From Raillietiella orientalis (taxonomy: Eukaryota), in NCBI GenBank assembly GCA_036172245.1, contig JAYWIR010000034.1, forward strand, positions 992,001 through 1,056,000: a DNA stretch of 64,000 nucleotides. Reading direction: 5' to 3'. The notes beneath the pieces were generated by a model. It had not been told where the DNA came from. It did no database searches and saw nothing but the letters and a program-made list of their open reading frames with translations. Positions 12,827 through 25,299 of the stretch are shown piece by piece. Made by a program: the position numbers and the translations under genes. How positions within the stretch are numbered: the stretch's first letter is position 1; every line of letters starts with the position of its first letter.

Positions 12827-15399
12827 CAAAAGACGATGATGGAAGAGGAGGCGGAGGTGGGAGATGCCAGACCGCGCAGTTTGCTCACGGCAGGGGAGAT
12901 GATACTGTTGAGCTTCTCTCCCCGTCCATAGCTCCGACTCCTGGAAAGCTCCTCGGGAAAAAACCGGGGAATCCGCCCTGAGGATGGATAGGAATCTCGG
13001 GCGTGCAGTTCCCCTTTCCTCTGCTCAACCCTTCCCGCACCTCAGCTTTCCTGCTTAGCAGTAGCACGGGGAGGAGGGAAACTTCCTTGGGTTTCCAATC
13101 CCTTCTTCCCGCGCGCTCTTCGGTGCTGCAGCCGACAGATCCCGGAGTCCGCAGGTCTACGAACACGCGTTCCCTTTCCCCGAGGCCGCTTCCTCCTCCC
13201 TTCTGAAACGCTCCACCGTACCTCCCCCCCCCCCTCTTATCCGCCACGTGCCTGACCGCACTTGCCGACAACACATCAGCACACCACGCACGCTCGATGC
13301 GCCTGTCGCTCTCAGCTGTTTTCCTTAGGACGCACCTGTCCAATTTTTTGCCTTTTTCGATGCGCGCGGCAAAAAACAGAGGCGCTTCCGATTCGTAGGG
13401 AATTCCTCTTCCTTCTTAGCGCCTGTGAAACTTTAGTGCCGCATGACAAGGATGACATACGAGCACAATGGAGCACCGTAAACAGAGGAAAGCGCGCGTG
13501 CACCTGCGTGCACGAAAACAGAAATAAAATGTCGCTGCCGAGAGATGGAGTGTGGAAACCCTGCGCGCAGCTTCGCCGTTCTCAGCGCACCGGCAGACGA
13601 ATTATCCGGGATCATATGAATGACAAATTGAACGCTTCCTCTGCGGGGAGGAGAGCCTCCCGGCTGCTGGAAGTCGTGAATAAAGCGAGAATTTTCTACC
13701 AGAGGAGGGTCGGAAAAATTCTTTCCCCATTTTTTTTCGAAGCAAGTGCCCGAAGGTTTTCGGGAGCGAGCTTCCGCGAGAAGACCGGCAGAGGAAAGGG
13801 AATTAGGAATCGAGAATGCCGCTTTCGTAGTGGAGATCGCACGGATCCTGTGAGGCTAATTGATCGTGATCGATGCAAACGCCATCGTATCGGATCCGTT
13901 CCCAAGTTCACCCCTTCAGATGTGCACAGCGCTTTTTTTGAAAAAAAAAAAAAAAAATGACACGGTTGCGCAGAACCCCAAGACATGTACACGCCATCTG
14001 CTTCGGTTGTGTTTCTTTTCTCTCTTTTTCTTTCCTCCCCTGTCTCGCCCTTTTCCCTCCTTTTCTCTCTTCCCAAGTTCGCGTTTCAGCTCTACTAAGG
14101 TCCATTAGTCATTTCCGCAGCCATATTCCGTGACTCAGTGATGCCACAATCTGTGTCAACTTGCCGAAATGCGAGGCTCCTCATTTTTTTTTTTCCGGTT
14201 GCTAATTATTTTTTTCATCACGATGGCAGGTCGATTTTGATCCTGTTCTTGTTGCTCTTGCTTTGTAAGCCGCCAACGTTGACCTTTCGTTTCCGAACTA
14301 AGCAAATAGTTGCACGTTAGGCACAAGAGGTACGCTTGTAGCCTCAGGACTGACGAATATTTTCGGATGTTTCAATGAACCTAATCTTCTTCCTCATTTC
14401 CTGGATATCTCACACTCGCACACACATCTTCAGCTTTTCTACAATCGAATCTTTGAAGGTTTCAGCTGACACATTCACACCATAATGGAAATCGGAGGAT
14501 AAATCCATTGGTGAAAAAATCAAAGTCAACATAAAGAAGCCCAGCGGTGCGGTTGCCACGGTTTCACTCGCGCGCGAAAATTCGGCGAAAACCCAACGTT
14601 CATTTTTTTGGTTTTCGAATAAACGAACAGTGCCCAGAAAATCGCCTTGGATCCGTGGTCCCTGCGAGTGAGCGCGCTGCCATTCTGTTCGAAGCGGTTC
14701 CGTCGAGAGGCGAGAAGCCAGGATCGACGTCAGCTAGAGGTTCCCGCAGGCATCTGGACAGGTAGCAGGGAGGGATCAAGGAAACTCACGATGCGAGGAA
14801 CAAGCAGATCGTTCGAGGCCGTAAGGACGTTTCTCCCGAAATCCGGAAACCTTCCAACTACAATCAGATCTTCAAGCTGATACTCCGAAACGAGAATGGT
14901 GCGACGAAGGTCCTAATCGAGGGCGAGGAAGAGCTCCCGTTGTGCGGTTCACACTTCCCGGAAAACAAAGGCCGAAAAAGTATTTGTTGCATTTTGTATC
15001 CACCTTTTGAGATTTAGAGGATGATGAAGAACAAGAATGATTCAAGTGGATAAGAGTTATCTGGAGATAAGTTCTTCTCAAAAATTCCGAATCCCTAAAT
15101 CTTGATCTCTCAAGTGCCACCACGAAGACTTGAATTCTAGTTCGAATCGTCTCATCTGAGATTTATGTTCTGCCTCTGTACGCATGTTGCAGTTGCCTGT
15201 AATTTCCTCAAGAGCAGCGGCTTCTGTATCATCATCTTTGGTTCCATCAAGCACGTGAGCATCTGGACTGCCAAATGCAAACTACATCAGCAAACAATTT
15301 TGAAATGCATCCAAGTGATGTTTTCTTTGTAAGAGAAAAGAAAAAGGTACTCCATACTCGCGTCTTCTGGGAGAAACCACTTGATGCACCGTTTTTTCT

Positions 15400-16800
15400 C
15401 TCCCCGGGATGGCGTTCTTCCTGAAGTGCACCTCCTAGCAGCGATCTCAGTTGACGGCTACTTCGTCTGTGGCTGACGGGTTAAGGTCAATGCGACCAGC
15501 TTTAGACACCTCCTTTATCCGAGCTGCTATTTTAAGACGCTTAACCGGGTTTGATTCGTTTCCAGGGACTTAGATTCAGCATCGAAGAGTAATCCAAGTC
15601 GGTGACAAGCAGTCTTTTGAGATGCTGGACCTGATCCACGGTTCGAGGTTGCGAAGGCTTGGTGAGTTTCCGGAGAACGATTCTTGTCACTCGAAATTCT
15701 TCAGTCAGAGCCTGCTTCCCTAGAAGACATTTCCGGGACAAACCCAGAACTCTCCGTGCTGCTGCCCGCAGCTGCTTTTGGCTACCCACAGCCATCTGCT
15801 TGTCGGTTATGATCACGACGAAGTGTATCCCAGCATTTGGTTCTTGAAAGGCGGGCATTTCGTCAGTTCGCAGTTTCCTCGGTACGCTTTCGAGAAGGTG
15901 ACGTGGGGTTCTCAAGAGCTTCAGAAGCAACCCATCTTTCCAAAGAGACTCTCAGAGACGTGGTGCCGAGGAAACAGGTAACGAACGGCTCTGCTGCCTG
16001 AGGAACTTCGGTGAGCTCTCCTGTACGGATCGTCAGCAACAGTCGAGACCTGCGTTCGGCGCCGACGTCACGCACCGACTCGCAACTTTCCTGTGAGAAA
16101 CGCCGCGAAACTCCTGAACGGGTTTGAAGGATTCGAGAGGATCTGCCATCAAACAGAGTGAGGCTCGTTCGCCACTCCGTTGTTCCAGCTGTTCATCTGC
16201 TAGGGAGATGGTGGCCGACTTGGAAGAACGTCGGCTCCCACCAACACAGGGGGCTCCTCACTCGAGCTCCTGTCTTCCCTCTGGATCGTGACGAGCCGAA
16301 CCACACGCGACTCCTTCCATGGCGACATCCGCCCTCGCTTCTGGACAACGCATTTGTCGCACGAGGAGCAGATTCGAGGAGCGGATGCTTGAACCATCGC
16401 TTCCGCATCTGGCGAAATCTTTCCGAACATCTAAAGAGTTGCGTGCGGCTGACGGAGCAACATACTTGCGGCAATCACGCAGTCCTGCATACTCTTCCGA
16501 GATAGAATACGGTGCTTGCTGGATTCAACTCCAAGGTACAGGCACACCCGAGGCCCTTCATCTCTCAGTGGCTCACGGCTACGGGAATGCCTCGTGGATT
16601 TCTTGAGAGGAAGGAAAACTTCTTATTCGCAGTGCAAGCAGCCTATGCAACAAGGTGCACCTCTTTGCCAAACGACGCTCCGCCTCAGACCAATTACCTT
16701 TCTCTCTCGCCCGGGGAGGGCATCGGTTTACGGGCACTCTGACTCTATTCTCAGGAAGAGCCTCGAACTTGGTGTGGAGGCGCCTCAGGGCAGCTCCCAT
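15400..16800 (+). mobile_element. Decayed LINE ORF2 C-terminal half
   Basis: Weak motifs: DGYFV..KVNA, LVSFRRTILV...LRAAARSCFW, and KGG. They resemble the post-RT region of the better-preserved copy at 51-53 kb. Confidence 0.3.
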
Positions 16801-19800
16801 TCGAGTTCGACTTTTTTCTCCACGTGTTTCGTTTTCTTATTTTTTGCTTCCGAAAATGATCAAAAGGTAAGTCCGAATAGAGGTGCTTTGTGCATCGTTC
16901 CGGTCAGCAGTGTCCATCCGGTGATGACGCAGCTTGAGGTAATTCTTCAGGGTTTCATAGAAAAAGTTCATGTTCGGAATGGAACTGTGTAACCAAAAAC
17001 CAGAAGCAACTTATGAGTTGCCTCACCGCGTCCTTCTGTGTTCCTACCGATGGAGCAGCCTCGATAGATGTTACTGAGATGCTTGCAAACTTTGCTTGCA
17101 TTTCTCTTCAGCCCCGTGAGATCTTCAGGAAGGAGTAACGCCAGTCCGGGTGCGAATGACCGAAATTCCGTCTAGTCGCCCGGGAGTGCGCAAGTTCCCT
17201 GGTGGGAATCGACAATCCTTCGTCGCCCACGGGAACGTGGATAGAGATCAGCAAGAGAGAAAAGCGCAAAATGTTTTTCTCGAGCAAGAATGCAAGGCTG
17301 CGCGCGGGCTTGGAGAACAAAACTAGGAGTCTCCTCCCTCCCCCCTGCCTCTTCCTTCGTAACACGACGTCGTCCATGCCAACCTTCCGCTTGCTTGATT
17401 CGGCAAAGAATTCGTTCCATGCTCGTAACTCGAAGCGGCGAGGAAGTGAGGGTGTGGTTCCAGCAGGGTTTCAGAGGATTTTTACCAACTCAAACCTTTG
17501 TATCCGAGTGGCAGAGAGCTGCAAGGGAGGGGGGGAAGGAATGCAGACCACGTAGAGAAATGACGTCTGCAGACAAGGCGTGTTGCTATTCGAACGTCAG
17601 ATTTCAGCTCTCTGCGGAGTTCAAGCAGAGGGAGGAAAAAGTGGAGCAGAAATGGTCAGGTGACCCTTGCACATCAGTGATTGTACACTGCGGCCGAAAA
17701 GAAAAGGAGGGTTTGTGTCCCTTTTACTCTCCCCAAATTTCCTCTTAGGTGGTTCCAGTTTGTCAGTGGTGTATCCGTAAGATTGTTGATTTCAGCTTGT
17801 CTCCTGAAGCGAAGGGCTCCTAGATGCGTCGCTTTGGACAGGAAGAAAGTGTCGTTGTGTTGGTGTTTCTGTTCGATTTCCTTCTGAGACGAGTGGACCC
17901 CCGGATTCCAACTTCCTGTGTTCCTCAGTGCACTTGCACTAGCAGTCGTGAGGCGGATTTCTGTCCTCGGCTTTTCAAGCGCCTTGCCTCCAATCCGGAG
18001 AGTGCAAGAAGTTTAGGAAAACAAAAGATACTGGTCCAGGAACAGAGCAGTGAGCTTTCTGTACGGAAGGTCCACAGGGATTCTTCTGTACCTCCTCCCA
18101 AATTACACCTGCTTCCCTCTTCTCCTTCACTCCCTTTCATTTTTTTTCTTCGTGATCAACGAAGAGTTACTGCGAAGAATTCTCGGTGGCCACCTGGCTG
18201 CTTCCCAAAGTTTAGATCTCTGCACAAATTCCTTCGTTCGTCACCCTGGGCCCGTTGAGATGTGAAAAAGAGTGTGTTCACCTTTAAAGAGTGGTTACAG
18301 AGTGGTTCCACCTTTTGACCGAGCGTCGCCGTGCGCCATCGGTCGCTCTCGAACTTCCCCCAGTCCGCTCTCTGCGCGCAGGATCACCAGAAGGTAGCAC
18401 ATGATTCATGAAAGCCGAGACTATCGAATGCCTCCAATCTTCTGTGGATCACGTCACAGCTGGAGTCAAAAGGGCCTGGCCGTTAGCCTTCCGTCTCAGT
18501 GACGTCGTGACTGAATGAAGAGATGACAGAAGCTCCCAAAACTCAGCTGGAATGCCAGCAGAAGACTTCAGAGCACAGACGAGGCCTTCTAATGATCTCG
18601 AAAGATGGAAGAGACCTGAGGCATTCGAACTGGATATCGCTTTGTCATCCGCCACTGAGATCGCCAGGAGGTACATGGGATGCCACTTCTTTTAATACGT
18701 TGGTCACACGCAGGGAAAGGGGGAGAGAAGGAAGGAAACCCAGGAATTTTCCTGAAGAATCCGTGTGCATCTCGCTTACGATTCACCAAGGAAGAGGATC
18801 AAGAAGTAGCTCGATGCATTTTTTTTTTTTTGGATGACCAAAACAGCAGCAGTACAACGCAGACCCCTCGCTGTGTTCGAGCTGCTCGCGCAAACCTCGT
18901 CAAGAACTTTAGATGGGTGGAGGAGGGAGACCTGGAACCTCGGCTAAGAACCATAGTCGTCCTGGACGTCGCCCATCCATCAGGTGAGCACCAAGTCAGA
19001 AGTTATCCCTTTTGACGCACGGATAAATGCCACTTCCGATTTTTCCAAATTCGGAGTGCAGCCGCAACCAGGAGCAAGAGGCTCTTCGCGACGAGTGATC
19101 CGGAGTGCTGCCATCTGCGAGCGCTTGCGCCCCTACGAAAACGGAATGCCTGTCCAGGTGAGGGAGGAGAGGGACGGATAGCAAGGGGGGGAGGGCGGTG
19201 GAGGTCACGAAGCGTACGCTCTGCGAGTTGCTGCGAAGATTCAGCACCGTTTGACCCGGTGCCTGGCTGCAAAAGAGAGAGAGGTCACAGCGATCCAAGA
19301 GATTCCGAAAGAATCTGATAGCACTGTCGACTGCGCCGCTCTTCCTTCAGAAGCGGAGAATTTCTTCGACTCACACTGTGCAAGGCACTCCTATCACTAC
19401 ACGTCAGCAGATGCGTGCGTGAGCTGCTCTCAAGAGAACGCTACAGGCCGACGTGTTTGTTATGGACGCTTTCCACGTGGACGGAGGAGCAGAGGAGCGG
19501 CTGAACTATCCGTGAAGGACTTGATTACAAGACATAAGGATGAGTTTCAGGCGGCTCGTCCTTCGGCGCTTTTGTTTTTTATTTTCCTCAATTTTTGCCA
19601 GCTCATGTCTTTCTGAGATTGGTAACAATGTGGCGAGGTCGTAAGGTGCCACCCTAGTGCCGGACTGAGGACCCTTTTTCTGATCGATCGGGTCAGCAAC
19701 AGAGTGCTCCTTGTTTCTCAGTTGCCCAGCTCCGAGTTCCCTGGTGGATGCTTAGAAGCAGTTGCCAGGAAGTATAGAAGACAAAGTGTCGTTAACAGAC

Positions 19801-20693
19801 TCCACTCTTCCGTGCCCAAGAGAACCAAGCGGACGCACACAGCCCACGTGTGAATTCATCTTCCTCCCACTTTCAAATCGGAGTTCCTTGCAACAGTCGC
19901 CATCGTGATGCGAGTACAGCAGCGCATGACCCCTCCCTTTGAACAAGTCAAAGCAAGTACTGGGTCCGGCAGTAAAGGCAGATCCAGGTCAAGTACGAGA
20001 TTGTGTGCTTGGTTTTCCACAGAGAGCCAGGCGTAGAATTGCGTGTTTCTGCTCTCCCTCGTCTCTTCTCCCACTCATCTTCCTCTCCTCGCTTTCTTTC
20101 TTCTCCTGTGAGCATCGATGCCTGTTTGTTGGCTCACTTCTCTTCTTATTCTTCCATGTTTGTGCAGCGAGTGAAATACAAAATTTATGTTTCAGAATCC
20201 ATGGGAACCCTGTCGAACTTCCTCGTATTGTTGCGTACAGCCGTGAAGCCGCCGCGGCTATTTTCCTCCACAGAAAGCGACTGCCCCGTTAAATAGATTA
20301 AAAACCAACTCCCATCTTGAAAACAGACCCACCCTCGAGTGGAATGAAACGATGAGTTACTTTTGTAGGGTTGCGGTAGCCTCAATCACACAGACTTTGT
20401 GTCTCTGTGCCGCATGGCGTTCGGTTTAATTGGCAAATAATGCACAGTCCGACACAGCTGTTTTTGTTTGCTTCAGCTATACGGAAGTGACTGAGAAGTT
20501 TGGTTTCACAATGCAGAAGCTTGCATAGAATTTTACACAAAAGAATTCCAAAAAAAAGGTTCTGCTTTCCATTTTCCCGTGGCTAAAACAGTCGCAGGCC
20601 TCAAGGAAAGCGACCCAACTCTGCACTGTTTGCTAGGTGTTTAACGACGAATGTAACGGTTTCATATGCATATCCACCCACGTATATACAAAT

Positions 20694-20712
20694 ACACACA
20701 CACACACACACA
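20694..20712. repeat. (AC)n microsatellite
   Basis: acacacacacacacacaca read directly. Confidence 0.9.
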
Positions 20713-21389
20713 TATATACACAAAGGGAATATGAAACAAATAAGAGTAGATGGCGTAGAAACGAAGCCACAACAACGTAGGAGAATCACGTGCTCTCATG
20801 CTTGAATAAGGCGTTACGAATTTGAAAACTGCATTTTCAAAAAATACATCTAATTAGCTCTTGTTCGAGATGGACTGCAGTCCAATCCTCATTGTGCATT
20901 GCTATATTTCTTTGTGGCTAATGCGTGAAAGAGATCTAGGAACCACGCTCAACTGGATTCGTCCACGACCACGCCCCTGCAGGTACTGGCTCGCGCAGAC
21001 TGATCTTGAAGAAACTTGCTAATTAAAAGCAACAGAAGTCGTTTTGCTGCAAAGAAGGACATGTAACGGAGATCACCGTGGTTTATCCCTTAGTGGAACA
21101 AGCATCGAAAATTTAGGCGAGTACCGGAGAAGAATATGGAGAAGAACGGAGAAGAATTACATGATGAGGGTAACTGTCGCCAACAAATGGAAACAACATC
21201 TTCTAGAGAATCAAATGAAATCTGGAGTTTCGCACAGTGAACTGAAAAATTCTGCGAATGCGTCTTTCGTGCTCTCGTGTTGACGCGGGGCAACACTGTC
21301 ACCAAGACACAAAATGGCGGTTCGCGGCAGTGAGGTCGACGTTAACGCAATCCAGAAGGTGAGGAAGGTAGTAAAAAAAAAAAATATGG

Positions 21390-21486
21390 GGGCAGACCCT
21401 GTTGTATTGGCCGTCGCGGGGCCTAGTACCGCTTACGTATAGAGAGTTTTTAATAAACTCCCCGGCTGACCGGGTGACACACACTC
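21390..21486 (+). mobile_element. Isolated LINE 3' tail
   Basis: TTTTTAATAAACTCCCCGGCTGACCGGGTGACACAC matches the terminus of the TSD-flanked insertion at 41153-41187. Confidence 0.55.
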
Positions 21487-22281
21487 TCTTGGGTCCAATG
21501 GTGCCGGTGGGCGTTGTACGGGAGGTCCCAGTGCAACAGCAGGGTCGCCGATTCCTTCCTCTTTAGGGGGAGGGTAACACTGTTACAACACGCTAGGTGC
21601 CTCCTCCCGAGGAATTTGTAGTAACTCTCCTCAAGGGTTAGGCAGGAGATAGAGAAGAAACCCTGCCGGAGAATGCCCTCCAGGACGAAAGTATGCGCAC
21701 AGTGTTTCAAGGAGGCATAGAATCCACACTTCCAAGCTTTTCCTATTGAAAAGTAAAGTTGATCTATGCTCATGAGATTGGTATCAGATTCTGATGCCGC
21801 AGTTACGAACGCTGCATCCATCTCGTTCTCTTGTTTTATTTCTTCTTTTTTTTAAAAAAAAGGGTGAAACTTTTCACCATGAGCTGATGTCAAAAAGAAG
21901 AATGGGTACACTTTAAAAGCAGAAGATCAATTGCAAAAACAAAATGGACAAACCCTGATCTGTTCTGTTCCCCCCACTATCATCGCTTGGAATTTCGTAT
22001 AATGAAACCAAGGCGGAATCTGTGAAAATCTCGCTCATGAGACCCAGTTGTCGACGTCCTCTGGAAACGGTGAATGACAAAAAACCAACAGTTGGAACCT
22101 TCCAAGAATTGTTTCGAGAACACCGAGCCGGATAGGCAAAAAACTAAAAATCCCCCAAGGTGCTTGGAAAAACCAACCATCTCGTTTTCGGGGTCAGAGG
22201 AAAGCGAGAGATCGTGGCGCGTGCAGGCATCAAAGTGTTCCGAAAAAAAAGTTTTCCTTTCTTTGTGTGCGTGCGTCGTGC

Positions 22282-22306
22282 GTGTGTGTGTGTGTGTGTG
22301 TGTGTG
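22282..22306. repeat. (GT)n microsatellite
   Basis: About 12 perfect GT units read directly. Confidence 0.9.
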
Positions 22307-25299
22307 AGTGACCGTTCACATCTGTGATCTGTGTTCGATGTTTTTTCCGACGACCTGCTCGACAACTGTACCCGCGCGGTGAGTGCTGAGCCGCTGCCAC
22401 TAGCGCCATCTGCTTCGGTACATTGAACGCCACGTAGATTGCGAAACGGGCAAAGAGACGAACACCCAAAGCGATGCAAATGCAACGCTGGGGAAGTTGT
22501 GAGCCCAGTTGTTCACCTGCACGTGGATTCTGCATTTCTTTTTCTCCAGGACCACAAGCCTTGAAGGAACACAACAGGGAGAGATGTCGACGTTTCTGAT
22601 GCACCGGGAGGAAACGGAAAACCGGCCAGAAGACGGTTTTCCGTTTTCACAGTGCTTCGAAGCACAAGTCGGTTTCCCTTTATACGGCAGGAGACAGCCC
22701 ACCAGGACTGTTTACGTTTCAGGGAATGGGAGCGGCGAGGGATCCACTCGTATTGCCCACACAAGCGAACGTCTAACGACGACACATTGTCCATTGATTA
22801 AGAAAGAATTCCTCAGCATCGAGAGCGTTCTTATACTCGGAACACGAATTCTCAGTGAGAACTCGTTCAGATTAGGAACCAGGAGACCGAACCGCGAAGA
22901 AGAGCTCCGCAACGGGATGAGACGGGCTAGATTCTTGACCTCACCTCTTCCCCGGGGAAGTTGCCTTTTCCCAACTCAAGCAGTCGGCACTTCCCGTCCT
23001 AACTTGGGGAACCCGTTTGGTGAGAGGGTGGGAAGCGGTCGGTCTCTTCGGAAAGCGAGCAGTGCTGATCAGTCCCGCATGCCTTCGAGGGTAAGTGAAC
23101 CAGGAAGAAGTTCGAGGTTCGACCTCCTCCCTTTCTCCTTCAGGTATGGACTTGGGAGGATGCGGTTGCGAAGGGATCCATCCTGCTTTCCCTGATTCAT
23201 TTCTGCGCGCCAGTCCAAAGCAGGGATGGTCTCCTGACCCGAAACGCGCCTGTCCCAATATTGAAGGAAGCAAAGCATCCTTTCGACACCAGGATTCAGG
23301 AATCTGCCTCCCGGGGAATGATTCCCGCAGTCCGGGTCACTCCGCGCGACCCGGACTGCGGGATGTGTGAGCGTTCGGCGGAAAGACCATCATCCCCGGG
23401 GTTGAAGCTCAAGATTCGGTGAACGGGTAGCTGCAAGGAGACCCTGACTTCAAACGCACGCGCGCGCGACTCGCTTGAACACCCTCGAGTGCGCACGTGC
23501 CTGCACGGGAAATGCACCGGTTCCTCCTCTCCAGCACGCTGCCTGCCTACCCGCCAGCGCGTCGCTCAGCTCGCACACGGCTGCTGGAGCAGCGCACGCT
23601 TCTCGCAAAGCCGCACCTCTCTGTACAAAGTAGCTCGATCTGTACTTACGGCTGGTACAGCAGGTTCGCTTCCAGGGTCGGCTGCTGGCAAAGAGTTTGC
23701 CGCATCGCCACCACTACCACGAAGCTTATGAAAAAGAGGGATCCTCGGAACATCACGGCAGCAGCATCCGATGTACCCCTCGGGGGGAGGGAAAGAGGAC
23801 GGCACAATTCCGGTCCACGTATCCGAGTTCGAGTGAGCACTCCGACGCAATCGCCGATCTGGATTCGACGAGCGGAAGCCTTCGGTCTGAGATGTAAATA
23901 ACGACGTATGTAAATGATGATGGTACGGAGACTGACGCCTCGGTTACTGGATTATCCCTCCGTGTTCAGCCTCGTGCACGTGCGGTGCCGCCCGCGCAAC
24001 CGCGAAGTTTTTTCGAACAGAAATACACTTTCCAGCTAGTTCGTTACGCGTCTGGGAATGGGAAAAACGCTCTGGACCAATCATGTTACTCTCCTGAAAG
24101 CGGCAGAGAAGATGCGATTGGATGGCAAAGCGCGTACTTGTTTCATTCTGACTTCTCTCCGTGATGCACCCGGTGGCGGCAGAAGCGATCAATGGGTTGT
24201 TTCATCCATCACCGGAGCGCATATTTTTCGTCTTCCGGAGGTTCATTCGGAGCGCTCTCGGCACAGCGACGGTGCTGGCTGTGGGCGGGGAAAGGAAGGG
24301 GGAGGGGGGGAGAATCCAAGGCTCGCGAAGAAGCGCGTCCTCAGGAAGGGAGGTTGAAGACGCGACGAAGACGAGACTTCCTTTCTGGTTCTGCTAGGGT
24401 CCAGCTTCCGTCCCAGGGGAAACGGAGGTCGCCGCACGATTCGGGAAGGCGGTTGGCCTCTCCGTCGCCCGTTCTTTCGCCTGCGCTTTCGGGGCCCAGC
24501 TGCACCCAACTCCACTTTTCATCCACGAAAGAGTCCACTTGGGACTTGCGGACATGGTTCGCCTGTGTTCGAATTCCCAGCCTCCGGTTTGGTGCGGGGA
24601 TGACCGGAGGCCCCGCATCAGGTAAAGTCTCTCCCTGTGGCGAGGAAGGAGACGCCTTCTTGTCTGCGTGGATAGGAGCGGACTCTTCCCGGATGGACCA
24701 CCTTTCCTTCTCTAGTGGGGGTACAATCGCACCGGGGCGTTTGTTGCGAAAGAAAGTGTCTTCCACCGTAGAGGTTTCACAGCACCACTGCGGAGGGAAA
24801 AGCCTCGGGGGCTCTGTTCCTCGGGAACAGCTCCCCCGATAAGGTCAGCGTAGGGGGAGTGAGGGAGGAAACAAACAAAAAGAAAAAATCATCACGTGCA
24901 CACACACGAAAATCCTGTCTAAAAATGCGTTGGGAAAGGAGGGGATCGCAGATTTCTTTCTGGCATCCTCAGCATTCTCTGGAGGATGTGAGTCTTGTCT
25001 TGTGATGTCTTCCTCTCCTCCTTCTGGCAGAGGTGTGGCCATCTTGTCGCCTCCCTCACGAACGAACGGACGACGAGGTGACGTCTCCGTTCGACCGGCC
25101 TCTTCCAGCGCGACTCCTCGCCGCCACACACCCCACGGAGGGAAGCCGCAGGCGACGTCGAGTCGCGCGCGAAGGGGCGCTGCAAGGCCTCCCTGCTCGT
25201 CGTCCGTCGAGAGCGGGAGGGCCGCGGCGGAGCGTTCCCGGGAACGGCAGGAGGATGAGGGGTCGCCAGCTAAGAGCACGGCAGGAGCCAGAAGAACCG

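Noticed and set aside
3500..13400. Dozens of overlapping 100-290 aa ORFs on both strands (similar clusters at 24-32 kb and 48-52 kb)
   Set aside because: R/P/G/S-rich reads expected from stop-poor GC-rich DNA. The real coding content is the short Mcr exons and TE relics.
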